A stretch of 64,000 nucleotides of DNA. It comes from the human T2T-CHM13v2.0 reference genome, Homo sapiens. The DNA is taken from NCBI RefSeq assembly GCF_009914755.1, contig NC_060930.1; one strand, written 5' to 3'. Every line of letters starts with the position of its first letter. The stretch's first letter is position 1. Of the stretch, positions 51,667 through 64,000 are shown in pieces. The notes under the pieces are model-generated. The model ran no database searches. It was given only the letters and a program-made list of their open reading frames with translations, and was not told the DNA's origin. The position numbers and the translations under genes were made by a program.

Positions 51667-53166
51667 CATTCACCTTTTCTATGCTTTAATAAATCTTTTG
51701 CATAGGTAAACACATTTAGTCAGAGCTATAAGACAACATAGAAACAGACAAGAAATACACAGACATTCTGATTCTTCTCCAAATAACTATTTTGAGGAAA
51801 CTCTTGACTATATGTTACCTTTAGAAATACCTTAACCTCTTCTGCTCATACCTAAAACAATTTGTGTAACCTTCAACTTTCAATAAAATCATTTTATAGT
51901 ATAATTTATCTTGAATATCTTATACTCCTTAAAGCATTACTTCAAAAACAAAATTCTTCAAATAATTCTATAAATAAGTAGCAAATGTTATTGCACCTTA
52001 GCTTTATAATTTAAAATTTTTTCCATTACTTCAAACATTAGTTTCTAAAGTAAATTAATACAGTCTGGGCATATAACTACTCTTTCTCATAGAATGGTAT
52101 TAGTCATCAAGATATTTTAATCTTATGTAAGGACATTTCTGATACTGGGAACTTAATTATAATACTTTCTCCAAATTCAGGCAAAAGCAAGATGATTATA
52201 ACACAGTTAGCTCTTCATTACCTGAGTTAATTAAGAGGCCATTCTGGCAGGTAACTCCAGTAGGAACCTAACTTGTTGTCTTAAAGATCCTGAGATCTTT
52301 AAGAGGTCAGTTCCTCAGGCAGCCCTTTCTCAAGGATCTTAACTATATACTCTCCTTTCAGACCTTCTCACTGCTCAGGCTGTGCTGAACTGAAGGTGCC
52401 AACCTCGGGACAGGGGCCACAGTCCACAAAATCCCTGTAGCAACAGTATGGTAGCTGAAGGATGGGATGTTTGATCAAGGGGGAAAAAAGGTGATTTCAG
52501 GTGGGATTTCTGACTCAGGATCAAGGTAATAAGAGCTTTACTCTATGAGATGTAACAATGACAAAAGAATATTAAAATCTAAGGCTGCACAAGGCGCTGT
52601 AAACAGCAGTGATCTTTCTCTTAGAACTGTTAGAATTCCGTTGCACAAAAGAACATATATGATCTAGGACTGGAATAAAAATACTTGAGAAGTTATCTTT
52701 CTCTAGGCAACAAAGTAGTGTTATTTCTGCTTAGCAAAAGTTCACCTACGCCTAGATTCATTTCTAGCTTTTTTTTTTTTGAAAAGTAGATTTTAACAAA
52801 ATGGTCAACAAAATAATTATGAGTTTTAATGTTGGTTATGTCAATTTATTAGTAATTTTGGTCTTCCCATTAGTGTCCTGTATAAAAATGATGAGTTTCT
52901 CCGTAGTACGTACAACAGCTTTTAAAGAGAACGTAGGCAGAATAATTCAGACAGAAACCATAAATAACCAGAAGGCAAAGTGAAGCAAAATTGTCTCATG
53001 TGATGTTTATCCCAATTTATATCGATATTCTTCTATCAATTTTTAGACTGTTAAAGTAAAATCTTAATCTAAGTGTCTTATGAATCATTATAAAAGATTC
53101 CAACCTTTAAAAATTATGAAAGGTTTAAAGACCTCATTAATAGAGTTAGAAATGTTTGCTATTATC

Positions 53167-53337
53167 CTACTGGTCAACTTTGGTCTGTATTTTCTGCACC
53201 TCTTCAGGCCAAGAATAACAATCAGGTAGAATCTGGTCATAATCAGTACTATACATCTGGGAGCGGACAAATGCTTCTTTGTTTTGCGGTTCAGGATAAA
53301 CTGTGGCTGTCTTTTCTTGGTATGCATCTTTCACAAT
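53167..53337 (-). CDS. ME1: ME1 (cytosolic NADP-malic enzyme) last coding exon, IVKDAYQEK...YSWPEEVQKIQTKVDQ*
   Basis: Acceptor tatctAG; 171 nt; TAG at 53169-53167; recognised ME1 C-terminus. Confidence 0.94.
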   Translation of the reverse strand: MVKDAYQEKTATVYPEPQNKEAFVRSQMYSTDYDQILPDCYSWPEEVQKIQTKVDQ

Positions 53338-54278
53338 CTAGATATAAGAAAAGAATATTAATTATTTTAATAAATAGAGGTAATCATGAGCCCATGTGAG
53401 TGGAAGTTTTTATCCATTTCAAAAACACTGTATCCTATGTTTGCAAAAACATTAAGTGTATTATAATAAAAGCACATATAAGCAATGAAGATATAAAATG
53501 AAAATGCAATTATAAATCATATAGTGAGAGAGAAAAATGACATCAGCAACTAAGGAAAGTGTGACCAGGTGAGACTGATTCAAGTACTATCACATCTGGA
53601 TTTCTCAGAGAAGCCAGTGTTCAAAGTCTTGACATGACCTGACTGACAATTAACTTGAAATAAATACCTAAATAGTCCTGCTAAACTTGAACCTTGAATT
53701 TTCAAGAATCCCTATTCTCACCACAGCCTCCTACAAAATCTCTTCCTGTACCCCAGGGTCTCCTGATCTTGCTCAGCTAATCATCTAGACACCACAGTCA
53801 GGATGAGCACTCTTTGCCAGCGTCACAGATTCTCTGGTCATCACGCCCTGTGTTTCATGCATAATTCTAGTCCCTCGTCTGGGGACCCCTCAGAGCTGGC
53901 TTTCTCCTTTTGTGGCTGTGCATCCTAGAACGATGCAGTAAACTTTCTGTGGTGCTATATTTTTTTTCTAGTCTGCACATTATACTTTTTTCTCTCTTTA
54001 CTTAAAACTTCCTCTTGTGGTTCCCAAAAAGCAATTCCAAACCTTCCCCCATCTTCAAGCTTCCATTTGACTCTCATCACTCACTGGAGAATCACATCAT
54101 CATATCACATCATGGGAGAAAATTTCAACTACTCAGAGAAAATGACCTTAATTTCCCTTTTGACCAACTCAGACTATCTCCTCAGTGTCTTCATACATCT
54201 TCTCTTTCCCTACTTTCTTTAAATGGATTCTCTTCATCAAAATTAATCACTTCATATATACTATTTAATTCACACCAG

Positions 54279-54910
<632 letters not shown>

Positions 54911-56477
54911 AATTCACATCAGTTCTTAAAACAATATTTATATGACTGACTTATTTTGATAAGTCTGATTTCAAAGAATATCAGAATGATTATCTCATCT
55001 CAATGTAAAACTATGCATTTATGAACAATTAAGGTTATGAATACTGTGCTGTATTATGAAATGTCTATGAAAAAGCAGGAAACAATATGTATATTTCATA
55101 ATTATAATAATGTTAGAAAATAAACAAACGAAAGACTCAAAACAAACACAGGAAAAAAAATAATACTTATATTAGAAAAATAGGATATTGGTTATTTTCC
55201 TTTTCTCTATTTGTTTTCCAAAGTGCCCATAATATGGTAGTATTACTTTTTAAACAGATTTATTGAGATATAATTCACACAAAATTCAAGCATTTTAAGT
55301 GTACAACTAAATTATTTTTGTAAATTTACTGAGCTGTGCAACAATATTACCACATTCAGTTTTAGAATATTTCCATCACCCCAAAAAGATCCCTCATGCC
55401 TACTTAAGATGGCTATGTTAATTTTATAATAAAACACATTGTTTCATTACTGACATAGACTATGTGGAAATTCATCTCCTCTTTCTGCTCCCAGTTATAC
55501 CATAGAAATAATCCCTTCTCCCAATGAAATCTTCACTCTCTCTGTCCTGTCAATGCCAAACTCTCTGACAGAGTGGCTTATATTTTATTGCTTTCCTAAT
55601 TCTCTGCCTTCTGAACCTCCTGTACATCTTGAAATTTCTTTTGTAAAAGTCTCTGATAACTTGTTAAGTACCAAATAAAAGTCTGCATCTGTTTTTCTCT
55701 CCAGGATTTGGCTGTGTTGGTCACAATTTCCACTCCCATTCTGAAATTGTCTCTTTCCTAATTATTGACATGCTGCTCAGTTTGGAGTCTCTTAAAATCC
55801 TGACCACTTCTCTTCTTAACTGGCATCTTTCTTCTGTCTTCTAGACAGAATAATAAACTATATTCTATTCTCATTTTTATTTCCTTTCTATACTTGCTTT
55901 CTTGGCAACCTCACCCACTCCTAGATATTCACCAGTTACCACATGCAGAAGATGCCCAGGTCTTTTATCTAGCCTCTCTTTAAGTTTCAGTCATTTCTAT
56001 CTACTTGATAAAATGGTACATTTGAATGTGCCATTGATACCTCAAACTTGCAGTCCACTTACATGATCTCCCTCTCTGAAGTTGGTTCTTTGTTCTAGTT
56101 TCTCAATTTCTGTGTATGCACTCTGTATTCTTCCATTATTCTAGGTGTGATATCTGAATCTTTTGGCACTCCCCTGCTGTCCCCTGCTTTTTTTCCCCTC
56201 TAATCATAAGCTAACTCTTTTTCATTTAAATCTCCAAAATGAACTTAAAATGATAATATGCTATTCAGTATATTAATAGTTTAAACTACTTAAAAACTAG
56301 CAGATACATATTAGTAGAATATATGAACATACTTTTTCATAGATAACCAAGCAGATTATTATGTAAAGGTTTTTAGAGAATTACTTCTTTTTTTAAGAGA
56401 CTGCCTTCAGTCAACGAGATAAATAATGATATGTGACTCTTAAATGGTGTTGTTTAGATAACTTGCTAATAGCTTAA

Positions 56478-56690
56478 GCTAGTGATTTTCAATCTGGAGC
56501 AATTTGGCCCCCAAGGGGATACTTGACAATGTCTGGAAACAGCTTTGGTTGATACAACTGAGCAGATGCTACTGACATCTAGTGGGCAGAGGCCAGGAAT
56601 GCTGCTGAAGATTGTACAATGCCTGGGACAGCCGCATGATGGTTATTGACCCAAAATGTCCACAACGCTGAAGTAGAGAAACCCCAATTT
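56478..56690. mobile_element. MER20 hAT element
   Basis: GACAATGTCTGGAAAC...CATCTAGTGGGCAGAGGCCAGGAATGCTGCT...GAGAAACCC. Confidence 0.82.
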
Positions 56691-56704
56691 AAACATATAA
56701 CTAC

Positions 56705-57140
56705 TGTCATGGCTAAACTGTGTTCCTCCCACCCCAAATTCAGTGTTGAAGCCCTAACCACTAGTACCTCAGAATGTGAGTGTATTTAGAAATAGGCCTT
56801 TAAGGAGATAATTAAGTTAAAATGAGACGGTTAGAATGGTCTATAATCCAATTTGATAGGTGTCCTTAAGAGAAGAGGAAATTTGGACACACAAGCGTGT
56901 ACACACACAGAGAAAAGGCCATATGGGGACACAGAAAGAGGGCAGCCATCTGCCAGCCAAGGAGAGAGGCCTCAGAGGAAACCAAACCTGCAAACATCTT
57001 TATCTTAGACTTCTAGCTCCCAGAATTATGGGAAAATAGTTTTCTGTTGTTTAAGCCACACAGTCTGTGGCTTGAATATTTAAAAACAGTTACTACATAA
57101 CCGTGGTATGTAGTTATCCCAGCCCAAGAAAACTAATACA
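56705..57140 (+). mobile_element. MLT1 (B/C-like) solo LTR
   Basis: TGTCATGG...GTTGAAGCCCTAACC...AAACTAATACA; near-TSD ACTAC/ATTAC. Confidence 0.85.
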
Positions 57141-57740
57141 ATTACACTGCAAAAAAAGTCCACTTATCTTCCAGTTTAGTTACAGAAAATTTCTCTGCCT
57201 TTGGGTTCTTCTTGGCTAACTCCTTCAGTAGCTCATCTGCCACCCAAACAGCTTTCAAGTTCTTTGACCTCTTTATTTTGCCTTCCGCCCAGTATTATCA
57301 GTTGTGATCTGTCATTTATGATGCCACACATCATAGTGACATGGATATGGAAGGTGGTTCAAGGTCTAAATGTTACTCTAACATATCTGTAATATTTTGG
57401 TTAATTATCACTAATGTGATATAGAAAAGAACAACTTTAAAAAGGTGAAATGGGAGAAATCTGGCTGACAGGAAGCCCTAATGAATTATTTAAATTTTAG
57501 GAGAAAAAAAGAACGATAGAGAGGGAAATTAATTATTCGGCCCAATACTTCCATTCTTCTCTGAGAAGCAAATGTAGCTCCTAAGCTCTACAGTGTCAGT
57601 GTGCCTCATTTCTCTGACTTCTGACATAGTAAGTTGATACAGATATACATTTCAAGGAAGCAGATTTTTAATATTTAAAAATGCATATTTAGCAAGAAAA
57701 GGAAGGAAAAATAATGAAGCTTGAACAAGAGTGGTTTTAC

Positions 57741-57839
57741 CTTTTCTGCAATTTTCAGAGAAACATCTCTAATGGTATTCAAAGGAGGATAAAGCCGACC
57801 CTCTTCCAAGTGTTTATCTGACACTTGCTGAGCTATAAC
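57741..57839 (-). CDS. ME1: ME1 penultimate coding exon, VIAQQVSDKHLEEGRLYPPLNTIRDVSLKIAEK
   Basis: 99 nt, AG and GTAAA ends; malic-enzyme GRLYPPL motif; in frame with the last exon. Confidence 0.94.
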
Positions 57840-60835
57840 CTTATGAAAAAAAGAAAGAAAAAAAGTGTTTATACTTCACACGATACAATGTGGTGGGTAC
57901 GCCAATAACTAAGTGAACGGTTACATATAATGGTCTATACAAAAACCAGTGACATTAATATGATTACCTAATTTCATCCCCACTTCTATCAACAAAGAAA
58001 TAAGCCCAGAGTGGTGTGGTGGTGGTTGAGATCACATAATTGGTGAAAAAGATGGGAATAGAATCTAGGTTTCCTTTTAGTCCACTTCCTTTTCTATTGT
58101 ACCATGAAATGCTAGATACTTTCCAATTGATACATTAGGGGAACAAGGGAAAAGAAAAGAAAGAAAGAGGAAGATGATAGAGTAATGAAAATGGATCCTG
58201 AAAGCAGAGGAGGACAGCTATCCAAGGCTAAGCATGCCATTACTCCCAGCTCTGAGTCATATTCTTGTGCAGGAGGTAGAGCAAAAGGCTGAGAAAGCTA
58301 GTTCAGAGTCTCACTACAAATAGGATTTTAATTTTACACAGACTCTGGATTATCTAAATCACCTAATTAGCCTCAACATTTACTGTCCCCAAACCATTCC
58401 CTAGTTCCAAATCAAACAGTGTTAAATTTTGTATTGAACCCTAAGGCAGAGAGGGAGACTCAGTAACCCTGATGTTCTCTCCAGCTCTAAGACTTTGATT
58501 AAATTTCTAGATGGGGGCAAATCTAAATCAGCTTATACCTAGGCCTTTGTTCCATGAAAATGTGGATGCAGAGAGGGAGTAGGAAACCTTCCTCTTTTGT
58601 AACATTTTAAATAATCAAATACTTATTTTTCAGTATATCTTAATATCTTTTAGATTTTTAAATCATGAAATTATTTCCAAAATATTATTCTTTGCCATCA
58701 GCAAACATATATGCACTGAACAAGCATAACACTACGGAGAAGCTTAAGAAAAGTGTTATTGTCCTTGAGAGATGTATAATTTAGTAAGGTAACAGAGTAC
58801 GGGAAGAAAAAGAGAACGCTGAAAGAGAAGACGGCTTAGGCTAATGGTGAAATGTGGGTGCTAAGAAATCCAGAGGAAGAGCAGTTCTGGAAGGCCTTAT
58901 AGTGCACAGTGGCTTGAAAGGCAAACCTACAGGAAAGCCTGGAGTTAGACAAACAGAAAGTAGGTAGGCATTTCAGACAAAAAACAGAGTCAGACCAAAG
59001 GCAGAGTTGTGTGTGAGCTGGACTCAGCAGGCCCAAGTGTCCTGACCTGGGGGAGCAGAGGGTCTGGGTACAGAAATAAGGACTGGAGCATTATCAATGT
59101 CAAAAAAGGAGTTTGGAGTTAAATCCCGTCGGTGACTAAGGACTTCTGACCAGGGACATTTAGGCAGAGGTAAGATGGAAAGGAGAAGGAGGTAAAGTTA
59201 CTAGTATAACTATTTGTTTGATTAGTATTGCTCTACATATTATACAAAATATTATAACATATAATTGTAGGGTGTTGACCATAATTTTATAATAAACTCA
59301 TCATTTAACTCATTAATTTCTTGCCTTTGTAACAGGATGTTTGCCCTAGAATTGGTCATCAGGGTCCCAAACTTCAGGACAAAGATACGTTAACTATTCC
59401 ACACTATCAGGAAGTCACCAAACAAGTGGGGCTTGCCATCTACCTCAGAAAGTAGAATCAGCCCTGCCAACCCCACAAACCACAGCCACCCCCTTCCAGA
59501 AGGCTGAGCTAGTGAGAGGCAGGGAAATTTGCTGGAACCATGGTTTGGCCTACTGGGTAATGTAGTGGCTTTTTCCTCCCCTCTTCTTGGTGCATGCTAC
59601 TCCTTCTTAAAGGCTTATGGTGTCCTCAAGGAAAGACTGGGGGGCATTCTTTTCCCCTCCTCAGCGTGAGCAGTTATAGGTATGTGTACTTAAGCAGAGA
59701 AGAGAATGGGAAAGGGAGAGCCAGACAGACAGGGTGGCTGTAAGCTGTATACATTCCCATCAGTGGATCTGGTATGGGTACATGAGTTTCCAAGGTCAAG
59801 CGGCCATAGCAGAGGAGGCCTCTGCATCCCTGGGGACCTGAAGAAGTGTAAGGAAGCTAGGCTGAAGCCAGACATCCTACATCAGAGGGCCAGATTTGGA
59901 CCCTGCCAGAGAGAATTAGTGGAGTTAATAATCGAGTTAATAAAAGAGATGTTTGCCCTTTTCCATGCCCTTCCTTCTTTTCTCCAACGTATTTGAAGAA
60001 GTAGTCTTTAACAAAAAGAGGGAGGAGGTTTCTCAGAGTCGAGCCAAACATTTCCCCCCAAATTCCTCAAAGTGCTAGCTTCAGAGAAAGAGTAAAAGAA
60101 CAGATGGGTTTTCTCTAACTGCTACTGCAGGCCTCTCCTACTGCAGGGAGAGGACATGACATTTGAATTGGATATAACATTTTGAACTGCACAGATGTTT
60201 AATTGTTGTTCACTGATGTATTCTCAGCACTCAGAATAATGCCTAGCATATGTTAGGTATTTAATTAAAAGAATATTAAAAGAATGAGTGAACTGAAAGT
60301 TATGGGCTCTTACCGAAATGGCACTAAGAGAAACAAGAGGGAGAGCTGGTGGAGAATGATTTAAAACAATGACTGGGGCAAAATAAAACCATTTTATGTT
60401 AATTGCTCCACTGAATTGAAACTTTTAAAAAACTTTATTAATTCTTGTTGTTCTGCAAAGGAGATGTGGCAGATTTAAATAATAATTTCTTAGATGTTAA
60501 AGCAAAAACTTTTCTGGGTGTCAGGTATTGGTATTTAATTGGATAGAACAAAATGAATAGCACAATGTTAAAAAGATGTCAGAGCATGGTGGTTGAAGGC
60601 TCAGGCTCTGGTGTGAGGTAGACCTATGTTTGAATTCTAATTCCATCAATTACTGTCTGTTTTGTATTTGGGCAAATTAATTAACCTTTTTAGACCTCAG
60701 TTTTCTCATCAGTAATACAGGACTAATAATACTTCCTAATTCATAAGGATTGAATGAAATAAATGCCAGCAAACAATTTACCACAGACAGTGTCTGTCAG
60801 AAAAGTATTCAATTAAACTTAGCTATTTTGTTTTA

Positions 60836-61143
<308 letters not shown>

Positions 61144-62121
61144 TAAAAAAGAACCAATAGGCAGCCCACATGGCCAAATGGAAGCAAAATAGCTTCTGGT
61201 GTCAGATCTGGCTCTACAGTGTATAGATTGTTAGCTATTTGATTTGGGGGCAAGTTCTATAACGAATCAACTTCAAGTTTTTTCAACTATTTATATGACA
61301 TAATATGTGTATTCCACCTATAAACACCAGGACACTGCTGGCATTCAATTTCATTGTTTCTTCTCTAGGATGTCACACAAATGTCATTTTAAAGAGATTG
61401 GAGACAGTCACAGGATAGCTGAGTAAAGAAGAATCATTCTGAATCCTTACTCTCCATGTGTGACTGTCCATGATGATTATCTAAAGGGTCCTCTGAGCAG
61501 ATATCAGAAAGGAGTGGAGCAAGGCAGATGAGAAGACACCAGCCTGTGATTCAGGAGAAGTGGTGTGAAGATAGGAGGCTGAGATTTGTCTCCCAGGTGT
61601 GAACAGGATGTGAGGAGTCTATTCCCAGGATACACTACAGACCACACAGGGCCAGGAGGGCTGATCACCAGAGGTCCAGAAGACTGTCTATAGTGCCAGG
61701 AAAGCCAAAAATCTCTTCATGATATAAAAATGTCCAGAAATATTCTTTGAGATTGGTGCTAACCCATGACATTTCTAGTTCCATAAGAGATTCAACTAGT
61801 ATTTTGACAATAATCCTAACAGTTATTAAATTTGTGGTTGCAAAACAAAATATTCAGAAATATCTCCTATATGTTACTTTTGTTAACTACAAAATATAAT
61901 CTAGACAAGAAGTACTTTTCTTCTTTTTGGGGCCATCTGGTAGTGAACGTTTGTGGTATTGTATTTATTCCTCTTGCTAAGATACATGACTCATTCTATT
62001 TAATCCTATTCAAAAAGTATTTACTAATTTTCTGCTTTGTGCCTAGCATGGTGCTAGATACTACTGAAGTTTTAAAAGAAGTATATGGAAGACTCTCTGT
62101 CTTTAAAAAAGATAATCTACA

Positions 62122-62428
<307 letters not shown>

Positions 62429-64000
62429 TTATAAAGGCAACACCTAATCTTTTACAATAGGAAGCTCTCAGGAGTGTATCATAACCAGAAATAAAATTAA
62501 ATGTCAAAGTGTGTAATAAAGACAGTCATGGCTACGGAGAAAGATCAAGATGAGCTAGACTTGTCACAAAAAGATTCCAGGATGTGGTGGTATTTAAGCA
62601 GTACCCTAAAGGAGAAGCTTAGATCATTGGAGAATAATTCTCAGGTCTTTCCAGACAGGATAAGAGATAAAGCAGTTACACAGGCATACATATGCATGGT
62701 GTGTTTGAAGGCTATGGGATGAGGGAGAATGAAAAGAATGTCAAGCTTCTAAGCTTTGCTGCCTGCTTGGAAAGGGGGTATCACTAATAAAAATGTGAAT
62801 GCTGACAGTGAGGAAAGATAAGGAAGGCTTTCATAATGTTGTGTTTAAGGACACAGTAGGGCATGTCTGTGGAATTACCCAACAGGCAACTGGAGATATG
62901 GAAAAAGATGAGAATAGAGATACACAGATTTGGCCACTACTAGAATGAAGATAATAGAAATGAATGAATGAATGAGATCTTTGAAAGCATAAGAAAAAGA
63001 GAAGAAAAAACTGGTAACAAAAAATGAATGCTAGAAAAAAAACTCTTACTTAAAAGGGAGATGAAAAGGAGACAAGGAAAATAATGAGTGGGACATAATT
63101 TAGATGATATAAAAAACAGGAATATTGTGTTGAAGCCTAAGAGAAAACCAGTAGAAAGGCCAAGAGATGCAGCCAGAGAGATCACTAGCTATGATAAGAA
63201 TTAGTGATGTGGTATGTTGACAACACCACATTTTTTTTTTCCTTCAAAGTGTTTTTTGGTAGTGATTATTACTTTTCTTGGAGAGTAAACTGAAAATATT
63301 TTTCACGGAATTTGTCACTAGAGGGTGCTAGAGTTATTTAAGAAAGAAAACACTGACTACTGCAGGTAACCAAAACTCTGATGTGCCTATTCTAAAAGAC
63401 AATGATTACATTTTCCTTAATGCAAAAGCTACTTTTACATGCTCTCTTAGTAATTAGACATCCATTTATGTTTAACAAGATTTTCTGAGTTAAAGAAAAC
63501 CTGTGACATCAGCTGGCATGCTTTTTAATGCAGTGAAGAAAACGACAGGAGAACATTATTGCTTCCAAGCATCTGTTCTCATAGAATGACACCGGGTGCT
63601 AGCCACCAAGATTATGCTCCTTTAGATCACATCAGTAACATAAGAATCTTTGTCTACATTCTTGGGGTTCCTCTTCACAATGGAAAAAATATTTGCAGGA
63701 TAAAAATATTTGAATATCAATCAAGTTCTTTGGATCAGTTCAGCTGCAAAGGTTTAATCGTAAGAAAAGAAATTCACTCAAGTTTCTCATCCATAAATGG
63801 TTACCTGTTCAAATCTGAAACATGATATCAACCTGATGAACATCAACCTGATGATTATCAAAAAGCTCATGATTTTATAAATATATGCCCAATCACCGTA
63901 TCATCCTGCTGAGGCTTGGGAGGAGGAGGGAAACTGATAGGAACATGCAGCTCATGATATCTCTTGTGCCAGGAATTATCAAAGTCCTTTGTCTCTGACC

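Overview
Primate DNA, almost certainly human (about chr6q14), dense in Alu and L1 repeats, holding four spliced protein-coding genes. They are the last exons of DOP1A/DOPEY1 (+); the complete PGM3 gene (-; 12 coding exons summing to 1629 nt = 542 aa); the complete RWDD2A gene (+; 292 aa), head-to-head with PGM3 across a CpG-island bidirectional promoter; and the last two coding exons and 3'UTR of ME1 (-). DOP1A and PGM3 overlap tail-to-tail. The most striking structure is a near full-length Hsmar1 mariner transposon (6658-7920) in the DOP1A last intron and PGM3 distal 3' region. A point mutation in it creates a splice acceptor. A cryptic donor in the last PGM3 exon can join to that acceptor, putting PGM3 in frame with the transposase N-terminal helix-turn-helix sequence, a truncated SETMAR-like host-transposase fusion. 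Also present: a 60-nt DOP1A cassette exon, a PGM3 N-terminal extension exon, the PGM3 Asn466 allele, nested and inverted Alus, THE1/MLT1/MER31 LTRs, a decayed ERVL internal region and a 5'-truncated L1PA. No prokaryotic systems, rRNA, tRNA or CRISPR were seen. Repeat subfamily names and isoform recollections come from memory of consensus sequences, not from a search.
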